NCBI GenBank assembly: GCA_041660065.1 | Contig: JBAZXC010000001.1 | Location: 200,535 to 264,534, forward strand | Direction of reading: 5' to 3' | DNA length: 64,000 bases | Source of the DNA: Parcubacteria group bacterium | GTDB lineage: Bacteria; Patescibacteriota; Minisyncoccia; Moranbacterales; GCA-2747515 | Shown: one piece after another, positions 1-10,719 of the stretch | How positions within the stretch are numbered: the stretch's first letter is position 1 | Layout of the letters: each line of letters starts with the position of its first letter | Made by a program: the position numbers and the translations under genes | Notes under the pieces: generated by a model | Seen by the model: only the letters and a program-made list of their open reading frames with translations | Told to the model about the DNA's origin: nothing | The model's database searches: none

Positions 1-343
1 AGCACGTGGATGCGTGCGATCAATTCTTCGATGGCAAAAGGTTTTGTCATATAGTCGTTCGCGCCACACTGAAAGGCCTGTACTTTTTTTGCCACCTCTT
101 TCTCTGCTGTGAGCATGACGATTGGCATATTTTTGCCGTTTTTGCGCAAAGTGTCACAAATATCGATCCCATTTTTTTCCGGAAGATTATGGTCGAGGAT
201 GACGATATCATAGGCATTTGCACGCGCCATGCGTTCGCCCTGTGAGCCATTTTCCGCAACATCGACAGTAAAAAGCTCTGATTCTAGTCCTTTTTTGACA
301 AATGTTGCGATATCTTTTTCATCTTCTGCGAGGAGAATTTTCA
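1..343 (-). CDS. Response regulator, N-terminal receiver (REC) domain. Partial: C-terminal part lies beyond the window edge.
   Basis: Reverse-strand translation from the ATG at 343 reads MKILLAEDEKDIATFVKKGLESELFTVDVAENGSQGERMARANAYDIVILDHNLPEKNGIDICDTLRKNGKNMPIVMLTAE...GANDYMTKPFAIEELIARI. This is a classic CheY-like receiver (D-D...D...T...K pattern; 'GANDYMTKPF'). It runs off the window, so it is not in the ORF track. Confidence 0.8.
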
Positions 344-500
344 TAGAGATCAGTTAATTACCTGTTTACGTTTTAAAGGCTATTATAGCACATATTTTAT
401 AAAATGTCAAATGTTTGATTTGTGGGGTGTTTTTGTAAAAACGTGTTTTTTGTGCAGAGTGTTGTATAATAAAAAAGTATAAACAGCTAATAATTCTGTC

Positions 501-1235
501 ATGGGAAAGGATCAATTGCATAATTTGCTTTTTTTGGATGTCGAGACGACGGGTCTCGAAGAAGAAGATCGACTGGTACAGGTCGCCTATGTGTATAATG
601 ACACAGAAAATGAATCGCTTTTCCATCCCGGGCGTGCGATGAGCATACGGTCAATGGAAATAACGCATATCACCAATAAGCATCTGGAAGGAAAAGAAAA
701 ATTTGTCGGATCATCTTTTTACAAAGAACTTGAAAAAATTCTTGCAAAAGAGGATACGATCTTTGTCGCGCACAATGCATCGTTTGATATGGGCATGCTC
801 GCGCGTGAAGGATTGGCGGTCAACAAATTTATCGACACGTTCAAAATCGCGCAGGAATTAGATGTCAAAGGAGATATTCCTGCATATCGTTTGCAATATT
901 TGCGGTATTATCTGGGGATCGATTTGGATGATGCGTGTGCCCACAGCGCGCTTGGTGATGTGAAGGTGTTGGTTGCGCTTTTTGAGCGGATGTATGATAA
1001 GATGTGTGCAAATGACGCGCACGATGCGGTGATCCAAAAAATGGTGCATATTTCCTCGCAACCGACATTAATCAAACGATTTAATTTTGGTAAGTATAAT
1101 GGGGAATTGATCGCAGATGTTGCACGCAAAGATCATGGGTACCTCTCGTGGCTTCTCGGACAGAAAGAATCTGATGCGGCAAATGGTGCGCTGGAGGAAG
1201 ATTGGATCTTTACATTGAAAAAATACATCCGTTAA
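501..1235 (+). CDS. DEDDh 3'-5' exonuclease (DnaQ/pol III epsilon-like) with a C-terminal DUF3820-like tail
   Basis: Exo I motif 'LFLDVETTGL', Exo II 'FVAHNASFDMGML', Exo III 'HSALGDVKVLVALF'. C-terminal 'FNFGKYNGELIADVARKDHGYLSWLL' resembles the small domain often fused to such exonucleases. A sigma70-like -10 element (tgttgtataat) lies upstream. Confidence 0.8.
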   Translation: MGKDQLHNLLFLDVETTGLEEEDRLVQVAYVYNDTENESLFHPGRAMSIRSMEITHITNKHLEGKEKFVGSSFYKELEKILAKEDTIFVAHNASFDMGMLAREGLAVNKFIDTFKIAQELDVKGDIPAYRLQYLRYYLGIDLDDACAHSALGDVKVLVALFERMYDKMCANDAHDAVIQKMVHISSQPTLIKRFNFGKYNGELIADVARKDHGYLSWLLGQKESDAANGALEEDWIFTLKKYIR

Positions 1236-1238
1236 CAT

Positions 1239-2186
1239 GTGGAAATATCTATGAAAAAATATTATACGATCGGCACGGTGATCATCATGGGATTCGTTTT
1301 GTCCGGTTGTGCGAGTGTCTTCTCCCCAAAAAATGATCTGGCAGAGCAAAACGCACGTGCCGCTGAGGAAAAAGATGCAATGACAGAACAGTTTGTGCAA
1401 GCACAAGTACAAGAGGGTATATTGCATGAAGACGAGGTGCGGAGATTGATCACTGCAAGCGAGGAGGCGGCGCTTCTTGACGTATCGCGTGCGCCGGAGT
1501 TGTTGAAAGAGCATACATATGGGGAAAAGCTCGTGATGATCGGCACATTTGTCAAAAAAATGATGGCGGATACGGGACGTACGCGCATCTCACAGCGTGA
1601 TAGTGTCCTTACGGATACGGAGATCCCGATGGTAGATCTCATCACAGGGGCAAAGAAATATTATTATGGAGAGGATGGGGAACAACGATATCAAGACTAT
1701 CTCGCGCAACGTTTTGGGATCGGTGTGTATCCTACGATCGATGAGTTGAATGGAACATGGCACGGAGAGATGACTGTGACCAAAGTAATGATCTTTCATG
1801 AATTGGGCACGGCGCCAATCGGTTATGATGAGGCAAAGATCAATGCGCTGGAGGGGGAAAAGGATGCAATCAGTTTTACTCTTGCCGCAAAAAGTGCGGA
1901 CACGGGAACGTTGACGCCTGTAGCGGGTGAAAATGTTTCATCGATGCCGTTTGTTTATGATTTTATCCCAAAATTTACAGACAAGATCACATCGGCATCA
2001 TTTACATATCACGATGTTAAAGAGAAAGGGCAAATGAATGTGGCGTTCGGACGAGGGCAAATCAACGGCACGATGCTTTTGCATGCAACCAAAGGGGATG
2101 GTGGCGCTCTCAGTGGTACGACAAGCATAGATCTTTTCAACGGATATATCAAAATAAGTGGGGAAATCACTGCAAAAAAACAATAA
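1239..2186 (+). CDS. Hypothetical lipoprotein
   Basis: N-terminus MKKYYTIGTVIIMGFVLSGCAS has a signal peptide plus an LSGC lipobox. No recognisable catalytic motifs. Confidence 0.55.
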   Translation: MEISMKKYYTIGTVIIMGFVLSGCASVFSPKNDLAEQNARAAEEKDAMTEQFVQAQVQEGILHEDEVRRLITASEEAALLDVSRAPELLKEHTYGEKLVMIGTFVKKMMADTGRTRISQRDSVLTDTEIPMVDLITGAKKYYYGEDGEQRYQDYLAQRFGIGVYPTIDELNGTWHGEMTVTKVMIFHELGTAPIGYDEAKINALEGEKDAISFTLAAKSADTGTLTPVAGENVSSMPFVYDFIPKFTDKITSASFTYHDVKEKGQMNVAFGRGQINGTMLLHATKGDGGALSGTTSIDLFNGYIKISGEITAKKQ

Positions 2187-2197
2187 TTATTTATTGA

Positions 2198-3343
2198 TTG
2201 CATATGAAAAAGATTGCACTCATGGGGAGTACGGGATCGATCGGTACACAGACGCTTGATGTCGTGCGAAAGTATCCGGATAAGTTGCATGTTTTTGCCT
2301 TGACGGCACATGGCAATACGGACTTGCTCTATGAACAGATCCAGGAATTTCAGCCGGAAGTGATCGGTGTGGCTGATGAGGAAAAAGCGCAAAAATTACA
2401 AAAAAAGATCCACCGAGAAGTGCTGACCGGTCCCGCCATGTTGCAAAAAATTGCCGGTATGGATGGATATGATACGTTTATCTCCGCAACAGTCGGGCTT
2501 ACGATCATCCGTGCAACGATCGATGCGATCCGCGCGGGCAAAGACATCGCACTCGCCAACAAGGAAACACTTGTCGCCGCCGGTGAGATCGTCATGCGAG
2601 AAGCCAAAAAATATCATGCGCGCATCATGCCGATCGATTCGGAGCATAGCGCGCTTTTTCAATGTTTGAATGGCGAACGTAAAAACGATATCGCATCGCT
2701 TGTGGTCACCTGTTCCGGCGGTGCGTTGTGCGACAAAACAAAAGAGGAATTACAGCATGTGTCGATCACGGATGCATTGGGGCACAAGACATGGAACATG
2801 GGACAAAAGATCACGATCGACAGCGCAACACTCATGAACAAGGGGTTTGAGGTGATCGAAGCGATGTGGCTCTATGATGTCGCGCCAAAAAACATTCGTG
2901 TCGTGATCCATCCGGAAAGCCTGATCCACTCAATGATCGAATATACTGACGGGTCGATCATGGCGCAGATCTCGGAGCCGGATATGCGCTTGCCGATCCA
3001 ATATGCGCTCAGTTATCCTGAGCGATGGGGACGTGCGGTAAAACAGCATAACTTTGATCGTGCATACACATTTGCCGAGCCGGATCCGGAGCGTTTCCCA
3101 TGTTTGGGGTATGCATTTGATGCGATGGACAAGCGTGGCACAATGCCTGCGGCGATGAATGCGGCAAATGATTATATGGTGGCAGAATTTCTCGCCGGCA
3201 GATGTACGTATCTCGATATTCCACGTATGATCAAAAAGGTGATGGATGCGCATGATGTTGTGCTCGCGCCGACATTGGAGGATATTGAGCAAGCGATCAG
3301 TGATGCGACACATATGGCACAAAAATTTTTGCACGGCGAATGA
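2198..3343 (+). CDS. dxr: 1-deoxy-D-xylulose 5-phosphate reductoisomerase
   Basis: N-terminal NADPH motif 'IALMGSTGSIGTQTLDV', then 'LANKETLV', 'IDSEHSALFQCL' and 'NKGFEVIEAMWLYD'. These are hallmark Dxr/IspC motifs. Confidence 0.92.
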   Translation: MHMKKIALMGSTGSIGTQTLDVVRKYPDKLHVFALTAHGNTDLLYEQIQEFQPEVIGVADEEKAQKLQKKIHREVLTGPAMLQKIAGMDGYDTFISATVGLTIIRATIDAIRAGKDIALANKETLVAAGEIVMREAKKYHARIMPIDSEHSALFQCLNGERKNDIASLVVTCSGGALCDKTKEELQHVSITDALGHKTWNMGQKITIDSATLMNKGFEVIEAMWLYDVAPKNIRVVIHPESLIHSMIEYTDGSIMAQISEPDMRLPIQYALSYPERWGRAVKQHNFDRAYTFAEPDPERFPCLGYAFDAMDKRGTMPAAMNAANDYMVAEFLAGRCTYLDIPRMIKKVMDAHDVVLAPTLEDIEQAISDATHMAQKFLHGE

Positions 3344-3483
3344 GTTTTGAGATCTGATCAGCGGGCACTTTCTTTAAGGAGGAGGTCTTCGTGGCACACA
3401 ATAGGGTTTTTTCGATTGGACAGGCACTCTTGACAAGAGGGCTGTTTTTTGTTATAATAGACAGTTAATTTCAATAAAATAAT

Positions 3484-5193
3484 GTGATTATGAGTACAAA
3501 AGTTGTCGATTTTATCACGAGAATGTGGCAAAAAGTGTCCATTTTAAGCAAAAAAATCCCGGTCGTTTATTACGTCATCGTGTTTTTTGTGTTGGTCATT
3601 TTTGTGACCAACGAACTCTATTTGTGGCATAAGGACAGCAATAATGCAGAAAATTCTTCTCAGCAAAAAACTGCATCAAAAGCTAATGATCCTTTCGTGA
3701 TCATTTCCGCACAAAGAGACAATATGGATGAATTTAATAAAGAAGTGCAAGGCACGACGGATTCTACTTTTGAATTAGCGACATATGGATCGCCTAAAAA
3801 TATTGCGGTAAAAAATGCCGTAGTAAAATTATCAAAAGACCGATCGCACAGCGGGAAAAATAGCCTGTATATCAAAAGAGATGGTAAGCAGGCGAGTTCG
3901 GTGCGTCTGAAGAGTTATGTGGTTACGCAAAAAGACCAATATTATAAATTGGGCTTGTGGATCTCCAGCACGCAAGGTGGAAATTTCGATATTCTTTTGT
4001 CGAATGACGATCAGTCTTTGCCTGTTGCTACCGTCGGCATCGTCGCCAATCAAAAAAACGAATTCAGTTATTACGAATACAACTTTCGTTCTCCTGTGGA
4101 TGCAACGCATGTGGATCTTTCGATCGCCGGTGATGCACTCAAAGATGTTTTCATTGATGATATCAAGGTAATACCTCTCAATATCGATAAGCAAGAAGAT
4201 CTCGCCTCTATCAAAGTCACAGCAATCGGTGATGGCCGTCAAAAAAACATCGGAGCAAAACAAACAGTACACAGTGCCACTGCGGATGCATTGGCAGTCA
4301 AGGGAACGCTTGTGGGACAATCGTTTATCGCGAAGGCGGATACTGTGACCGGTGTGTCTTTTGCTTTGGTCAAAAAAGGTGACGGCGGGATCGGTGAGTA
4401 TACTGTGGAATTGCGAGAATTTGATGAAACGACAAAAACGATCTCCGACAAAAAGATTGCAGTAAAAACCTTTAATTCCGGCGAGGTCACATCCGCCACG
4501 ACATTTATTCCGCTATTTGCACAATTGGAAAAAGGGAAAAAATATTGGATCGGGATCAATAATGCCGGTGTAAAATTGAACAAGGATCATAACCTCGTTG
4601 TCGGGCAAGCAGGAGATGATCGTGCGTATCCGGACGGTGATGGGTGGATGCAACGTGGCGCAGACAAGACTTTTGTAAAAACAAACGATCTCTATTTCAT
4701 CGTGTACACTGCCGGAGTGATCAAGGTGGACAATGTCGCTCTTTCCTTTGGAGAGACGCTATATGATCTCGGGAAAGGGAAAAAGCGCGCAGAGTATCAA
4801 TGGGACACGACAAATGGCAACAAGATATTGGACATCGATGCACAAAACAATATTTCTGTAGATAAGTGGAAAAACATTTCATTTGTGGATGATGACGCTT
4901 ATGTCGTATACAAGGTTGGTATGAATGGAAAAAATATTGATCGTTTGACGCTGGCAAATATATCCTTTCACAAAAATATCAGTATCGCTCTTTCTACAGA
5001 TGGAAAAAAATGGATGGAGGTCTTCGCGGACGACTCAGGTAAACCCCGGCAAAATTCTGGAAAGATCGAAGTGCGACCTGTCACGAGTGCAAAAAATGTT
5101 TTCATCAAAGTAAAGAAAAATGGAAAAGATAGTAGCACTTTTATGGGTGGTCATGTTATACTTGATTTAGTAGATCAAAATTATGGAAAATAA
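3484..5193 (+). CDS. Membrane-anchored protein with a putative carbohydrate-binding (CBM_4_9-like) domain
   Basis: N-terminal transmembrane segment (VVYYVIVFFVLVIFV). A domain 'VKNAVVKLSKDRSHSGKNSLYIKRDG...YYKLGLWISSTQGGNFDIL' resembles CBM4/9 sugar-binding modules. It sits immediately upstream of the glycosyltransferase cluster. Confidence 0.45.
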   Translation: MIMSTKVVDFITRMWQKVSILSKKIPVVYYVIVFFVLVIFVTNELYLWHKDSNNAENSSQQKTASKANDPFVIISAQRDNMDEFNKEVQGTTDSTFELATYGSPKNIAVKNAVVKLSKDRSHSGKNSLYIKRDGKQASSVRLKSYVVTQKDQYYKLGLWISSTQGGNFDILLSNDDQSLPVATVGIVANQKNEFSYYEYNFRSPVDATHVDLSIAGDALKDVFIDDIKVIPLNIDKQEDLASIKVTAIGDGRQKNIGAKQTVHSATADALAVKGTLVGQSFIAKADTVTGVSFALVKKGDGGIGEYTVELREFDETTKTISDKKIAVKTFNSGEVTSATTFIPLFAQLEKGKKYWIGINNAGVKLNKDHNLVVGQAGDDRAYPDGDGWMQRGADKTFVKTNDLYFIVYTAGVIKVDNVALSFGETLYDLGKGKKRAEYQWDTTNGNKILDIDAQNNISVDKWKNISFVDDDAYVVYKVGMNGKNIDRLTLANISFHKNISIALSTDGKKWMEVFADDSGKPRQNSGKIEVRPVTSAKNVFIKVKKNGKDSSTFMGGHVILDLVDQNYGK

Positions 5194-6130
5194 TATGACG
5201 CAAAAGATCTCCGTCGTGGTTCCTGCATATAATGAGGAAAAAAATATTCCACTTTTTTATGCACGTTTGAAAAACATTTTCGCAAATGCATCACAGTATG
5301 ATGTGGAAATGATCTTTGTCAATGATGGTAGTCGTGATAAGACATGGCAAGAGATCCAGAAATTGGCACTTAATGATGCGAGCGTGCGCGGTATTTGTTT
5401 TAGTCGTAATTTTGGTCATCAGATTGCACTTACGGCAGGCTATGATATAGCTACCGGTGATGCCATTATTTCTATGGATGCGGACATGCAAGATCCCCCG
5501 GAGCTTATTATGGATATGTTGGTGAAGTGGCATCATGGATGTGAAATTGTATATGCACGAAGACGAAATAGAAAAGATGGTTTTCTCAAAAAATTGACGG
5601 CAAAAATGTATTATGCACTTCTCAACAATGTATCTGATGTGGATATTCCGCGTAATGTGGGTGACTTTCGCCTGATCGATAAAAAGGTTTTGAACGAATT
5701 GAAAAAATGTCGTGAAAAATATCGCTATTTACGTGGTATGGTTGCATGGGTGGGATTTAGAAATTGCTATGTGGACTTTGATCGACCAAACAGGATCAAT
5801 GGAGAAACAGCGTATACATGGAAAAAAATGATCAAATTTGCCATGGATGGTTTTACGGGATTTTCTATGTTTCCGCTCAAAATTGCATCATATGTCGGCG
5901 GTTTTGTGATTATGACGGGATGCATGATGTTCCTTTATGTCGCATATGATTTTCTCATCAAAGACACACCATATCCACTCTATAAATGGTTGGTGATCTT
6001 GGTATACATCTTTATTGGTGTGCAGTTCATCTTGATGTGGCTGATCGGAGAGTACATCGGACGGATCCATGATCAACAAAAAGAGCGACCATTGTATGTA
6101 ATTAGAGAACGATTGAATTATGATGAATAA
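5183..6130 (+). CDS. Polyprenyl-phosphate glycosyltransferase (family 2, GtrB/ArnC/DPM1-like) with two C-terminal transmembrane helices
   Basis: 'ISVVVPAYNEEKNIP', 'FVNDGSRDKTW' and 'MDADMQDPPE' are GT2 polyisoprenyl-phosphate glycosyltransferase motifs. The C-terminal hydrophobic pair is typical of GtrB-type enzymes. Confidence 0.85.
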   Translation: MENNMTQKISVVVPAYNEEKNIPLFYARLKNIFANASQYDVEMIFVNDGSRDKTWQEIQKLALNDASVRGICFSRNFGHQIALTAGYDIATGDAIISMDADMQDPPELIMDMLVKWHHGCEIVYARRRNRKDGFLKKLTAKMYYALLNNVSDVDIPRNVGDFRLIDKKVLNELKKCREKYRYLRGMVAWVGFRNCYVDFDRPNRINGETAYTWKKMIKFAMDGFTGFSMFPLKIASYVGGFVIMTGCMMFLYVAYDFLIKDTPYPLYKWLVILVYIFIGVQFILMWLIGEYIGRIHDQQKERPLYVIRERLNYDE

Positions 6131-6932
6131 TCCACAAGTATCCGTTGTGATGCCAAATTACAATTGTGCCCGTTTTCTTGATGAGGCAATTGACAGTATA
6201 TTGCAACAGACATTTTGTGACTTTGAATTTATCATTATTGATGATGGAAGTACGGACAATTCGTGGGAGATTATTCAAAAATATGCATGTAAAGATGATC
6301 GGATAAGAGCGTTTAAAAATGAAAGAAATCAACACATAGTCTACTGTCGCAATAAAGGAGTTAGCCTTTCAAAGTGTGATCTCATAGCTTTTTTAGATAG
6401 TGATGATATTGCTTTTCCGGAAAGGTTAAAAATCCAAGTTGATTATATGCTCAAAAATCCAGATTGTGGCGTTTGTGGGTCTAACTTTGAGATGATAAAT
6501 GAAAAATCACAGTTGATTGGATACAAAAAATTTCCTGAAAATCATGATGCAATAAAAAAATCATTTTTTTTCTGCAATCCTTTCGGACAAAACACAGTTA
6601 TAGTCAGGAAAAAATGTTTTAATGAGGTTGGATTATATAATGATGAATATCGTAACGCTGAGGATTTGGATATGTGGGTGCGCATTGGAGGCAAATTTAA
6701 ATTACATAACATACAGAAAGATTTGGTAAAGTACAGGGTTCATGCAAAAAATAGTATGTTTACAAGTCAAAAAAGAATGATTAGGAGTACGCTAAAAATC
6801 AGAAAGAAAGCCATTTCAGAATATGGCTACGCGATGACTTTTAAAGGTCAAATTTTTTACTGGGGAACATGGTTGGCTCAATGGCTACCATCAAAATTTG
6901 TTTTTTGGATTTTTAATTTTTTAAAAAGATAA
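6120..6932 (+). CDS. Family 2 glycosyltransferase
   Basis: 'VSVVMPNYNCARFLDEAIDSILQQTFCDFEFIIIDDGSTDNS' is the GT-A N-terminal signature. 'LDSDD' is the DxD motif. The region is noticeably AT-rich. Confidence 0.8.
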   Translation: MMNNPQVSVVMPNYNCARFLDEAIDSILQQTFCDFEFIIIDDGSTDNSWEIIQKYACKDDRIRAFKNERNQHIVYCRNKGVSLSKCDLIAFLDSDDIAFPERLKIQVDYMLKNPDCGVCGSNFEMINEKSQLIGYKKFPENHDAIKKSFFFCNPFGQNTVIVRKKCFNEVGLYNDEYRNAEDLDMWVRIGGKFKLHNIQKDLVKYRVHAKNSMFTSQKRMIRSTLKIRKKAISEYGYAMTFKGQIFYWGTWLAQWLPSKFVFWIFNFLKR

Positions 6933-6979
6933 AATGTTGAAGAAAATTTTGAACAAATGAATCCATATTTTAATTTAAT

Positions 6980-8134
6980 TTGAAATTTATGAAAAAAAAT
7001 AAAGAAAAGGCAGTACTTATATTGGGTAGTTACGGTCATACGAACATTGGTGATGACTTGTTGATGTATAATTACGTATTTTTATTCCGCAATCTTGGAT
7101 TTAAAAAAATTTATACTAATGTAGCTGTTTCGGCTAATGTGCCTGAAGAAATAGCCAAGGTTGTTCACATGAAAGAAACCTATGGAACTTCTTTTTTGGA
7201 TTGGTTAAAAATATTGAAAGAGGTCGATGTTGTTTGTTATGGTGGTGGCACGATCTTAAAAGAACTCTACAGCTCAACTTCAAGATCTCGATATGCAGTG
7301 ATCATCAGGATGATGTTTTTTAATTTTTTTGCAAAGGTTGTGGGGAAGACCATATATAATTTAAACATTGGCATTGGCTCTTTGCAAACTATAGTTGGAA
7401 AATTAATTGTTAAAATATCATTAATATTTTGTGATTTTACGATTTTTCGAGATGCTGATTCATATAATTTTGCAAAGGATGAACTGAAAATTAATATAAA
7501 AAAAATAGGGTTGGGTGAGGATGGTTTATTCATAAATGAAAAATGGCATGACCATCGTGCTGAAAATCTTCCTATGAATGTACCAAATAGGGTTGGGGTC
7601 AATGTTCTTTTTAATATCCCAGATTGGGTTGATAGAGAAAGCTATCTCAAGGAACTAAGAGATTTTGTTAATAATATTTTGGAAAGAGGTTTTTTTGTGG
7701 TGTTTATTCCTTTTCAACACTTACTTGATAAAAATAATGACTTGGTTTTTATTGAGAGAGATATATTACCCTATTTAAAAAACAAAAATTATGAGCTAAT
7801 TCATCATGTGCAGATTGATAAGTTGGCAGAGACTTTAAAAGGACTTGATTTTTTTGTTGGTATGCGATTTCATTCTTTGCTGATGGCCATATCTACAGCG
7901 ACGCCGTTTCTTGCTATAGAATATGATACTAAGTGCTCTAGAATAATTAAAGAATATTCATATCCATATTCAGTGCAAATTGAAAACTTTTCTTGTGATT
8001 TATTGGTAAAGAATTTTGATGCACTGATTTCTAATCGAGAAAAAAATATTGATTTTTTGATTGAATTAGGCAATCGTTTATACGCTAAAGAATTTCAATG
8101 CGAGAAAGACCTGTGGAAAAAATTAGAGAAATAA
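6980..8134 (+). CDS. Polysaccharide pyruvyl transferase family protein (CsaB/WcaK-like)
   Basis: N-terminal 'VLILGSYGHTNIGDDLLM' matches the GxxGxxNxGDxxL signature of PS_pyruv_trans proteins. Length is consistent. Confidence 0.6.
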   Translation: MKFMKKNKEKAVLILGSYGHTNIGDDLLMYNYVFLFRNLGFKKIYTNVAVSANVPEEIAKVVHMKETYGTSFLDWLKILKEVDVVCYGGGTILKELYSSTSRSRYAVIIRMMFFNFFAKVVGKTIYNLNIGIGSLQTIVGKLIVKISLIFCDFTIFRDADSYNFAKDELKINIKKIGLGEDGLFINEKWHDHRAENLPMNVPNRVGVNVLFNIPDWVDRESYLKELRDFVNNILERGFFVVFIPFQHLLDKNNDLVFIERDILPYLKNKNYELIHHVQIDKLAETLKGLDFFVGMRFHSLLMAISTATPFLAIEYDTKCSRIIKEYSYPYSVQIENFSCDLLVKNFDALISNREKNIDFLIELGNRLYAKEFQCEKDLWKKLEK

Positions 8135-10704
8135 AAAAGATAATTACGAACAAATCTTCAGTTTGTCTTATTTTGATCTTCCTTTTCATTTTTGTCGTTC
8201 ATTTATTTATCTTTCGGGATATTGTTATGAATTTACCATCTCTTATGAGTGGTGAATCTGTGATTGTGCGCGAAGAGCTAGTTCCTTTTTTTGATTTTAA
8301 AAGTCAATTTCTTGATCAAATCAAGGGTGGAGAGTCCTATCTCACGATGACAGATGAAATACGAGTAGCATATTCTTTTTGGACGTCGTGGATGAGATAT
8401 TGGATTGTACTTCCTTTTGCTCTCATTATATTGAATAGTATTTCGGCCTTCCTGTTCTTTATCTCTGTGTACATGATTGAAAAGGAGATATTCAAAAAAA
8501 ACTCCAATTTCATCATGACAACTTCTTTCCTGACATCATTTTTTATTTATCTCATATTACTTTATTCAAAGGTAACTCATTTTTATACTTTAATATTTGG
8601 CTTTAGCTTGTTTGCTTTGGCAATCTCTATGACCATCAGAGAATTTTTCTTTCGTGATAAATTTTCTTTGAAATCTTCCATCTGGATTTCGATTTTGGTC
8701 CTTTTTAATCCCGCGATTCATTACCACATTCTTTATTACATTGTTTTTTCTTTGGTTGTGTCGTTTATATTTTTGATGAACGATAATTTCAAGGGAGAGA
8801 CAATTAAGTTTACAAAATATTTTAGTGTATTAATGCTCATCAGTTTGTTTCCATATGTAATATTTATTCTTTATGTGATAAATAATACTGATTCTGATAT
8901 TACTACTTCAATTGCAGTTAATTTCATGTTCATTTTTAATACATCAACATCCTTAACCCATATTTTTTCTTTGGACATAGCTGCCCCAGTTGATATGTTT
9001 TTGCATGGTAAATATCTAACAGATTTGCCACGCTATAGTAAAATACTCTTTTTCTTAATTTTGTTATTACCCCTAGCTTTTACTAGAGAAATAAATTCAC
9101 AAAAATCCAAAAAATTTATTATTTTTTCGTATTTTGTTCTCACTATTGCAATATGGATGTCGATCGGTTATTTGCAGGAATTTTCTTTTCATAGCATAGG
9201 ATCGGATTTTATGATTTATCTATCTCAGTTCTCATCTTGGGGTGTAAATATAGTTAAAAAAATTGTAGGAACAACAATTCAAATATTGAGATTCCCACAT
9301 CGTTTTGAATTTATTTTGTTTTATATAACTCCAATTTTAGCCACATTTTCTTTTGCTTTTTTGAAAAATAAATTTGGCTATGGTTTTGTGATAATCGCAA
9401 TATTTCTCAGTGTAGGAATGCCTTTTATAATTGACGTTGATCATAGAACATTTCTTGCTAGCGGTAATTATGGTGGATTTTTGAGCCCGATGAGGATTCC
9501 ATCAGATTTAAAAAAGATAAAAAGTATTATTCATGAAGATCTTGGCGTAGGATTTATTTTACCAACATTTGAGAGTGGTAGGGATATGCAGATTGATGAT
9601 AAAAATTATAATTTTATTGATAAGTTTTTAATATATTATTTAGATTCCCCAACTTTTTACTATGGAACTGGTGCTAAGACAGAAAATAGGATTAGAGCAT
9701 TCTTGGTTTATCAGGCAATTTTGGATGATTCTACATCTTGGGAGAATGTTTTAAATTCAGGAATGAATGTAAAATATATAATTAATCCACATACAGTATC
9801 TAAAACTTATGGGAATGTTTATTTGCCAGAGATTGATAATAAGTTAGACCAAAAACTTAATGATAGTTTATTATATCAAAGAGTCTATACTGGAGAATAT
9901 TTTGATTTATACAAAAGGAATATTGAAAAAAAATATGACAATAGTATTATGCTGGACGTTTCTTCTGAAAAGATTTTTCAATATTTAAAATTGTCAGAGA
10001 TAGATGAAAATACACTTTATTTTCCTCTTCAAGAAAAAAAATTTCTCCAGGGAGAAAAAGCGAAAATTCTTGTAACAGATAGCTTGGAGAGTTCGTATTA
10101 TAACTTGCTGGTGTTGAAAAATGATTCTATTTCTCATGTGTATCCAGATTCTGATTTGCTACCTTTCACCAAAGGTCTTATGCCGAGTACATTTTATACA
10201 AATATGCCACTTTCTTTGGAAGCTCTTCTGGGTGACAACTCATATAACTTTTTTGGAAGGCCTGTTACGGATATGATTAATCTCAGCTCGCCCCAGTTTA
10301 TTGGCATTGTTGATAAAAATTTTCAAATAAAATTTTCTTTTAAGATTAAAGATGTCGGAAAACATCGGTTGATTTTAAAAGCATCAACATCAGAAAATAA
10401 GATTTTTGTAACTCTATCTGGGAAAGAAGTTGAATTAAAAAGAATGGATCAAAATACAAATGTAAAGAATAAAGAAAATTTTTCATATTTTTATGCAGAT
10501 TATGATTTTGCTACAAAAGGTAACTATTTTCTGGGTGTAAAAAAGGAAAGTGACGATGGCGATCCTCTTCTGGTGGAGTCTCTTTCTGCTGTTCCTCAAT
10601 CATTATTTTATGAAGAAAACGATTCCTGGGTTGGCTCAGAATACCTCAAGCTTATTCGCTCAAATGAATCGGAGGTATATCACGTTGAGATTCATGAAGA
10701 GTAA
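8098..10704 (+). CDS. Large polytopic membrane protein (868 aa), putative GT-C-fold glycosyltransferase/polymerase
   Basis: About 12 predicted transmembrane helices over the first ~450 aa, then a ~400-aa hydrophilic domain. It lies in a GT2/GtrB/flippase context. Very low GC. The start may be internal (37-nt overlap with the upstream gene). Confidence 0.45.
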   Translation: MRERPVEKIREIKKIITNKSSVCLILIFLFIFVVHLFIFRDIVMNLPSLMSGESVIVREELVPFFDFKSQFLDQIKGGESYLTMTDEIRVAYSFWTSWMRYWIVLPFALIILNSISAFLFFISVYMIEKEIFKKNSNFIMTTSFLTSFFIYLILLYSKVTHFYTLIFGFSLFALAISMTIREFFFRDKFSLKSSIWISILVLFNPAIHYHILYYIVFSLVVSFIFLMNDNFKGETIKFTKYFSVLMLISLFPYVIFILYVINNTDSDITTSIAVNFMFIFNTSTSLTHIFSLDIAAPVDMFLHGKYLTDLPRYSKILFFLILLLPLAFTREINSQKSKKFIIFSYFVLTIAIWMSIGYLQEFSFHSIGSDFMIYLSQFSSWGVNIVKKIVGTTIQILRFPHRFEFILFYITPILATFSFAFLKNKFGYGFVIIAIFLSVGMPFIIDVDHRTFLASGNYGGFLSPMRIPSDLKKIKSIIHEDLGVGFILPTFESGRDMQIDDKNYNFIDKFLIYYLDSPTFYYGTGAKTENRIRAFLVYQAILDDSTSWENVLNSGMNVKYIINPHTVSKTYGNVYLPEIDNKLDQKLNDSLLYQRVYTGEYFDLYKRNIEKKYDNSIMLDVSSEKIFQYLKLSEIDENTLYFPLQEKKFLQGEKAKILVTDSLESSYYNLLVLKNDSISHVYPDSDLLPFTKGLMPSTFYTNMPLSLEALLGDNSYNFFGRPVTDMINLSSPQFIGIVDKNFQIKFSFKIKDVGKHRLILKASTSENKIFVTLSGKEVELKRMDQNTNVKNKENFSYFYADYDFATKGNYFLGVKKESDDGDPLLVESLSAVPQSLFYEENDSWVGSEYLKLIRSNESEVYHVEIHEE

Positions 10705-10719
10705 ATTTGTATAAAAAAT

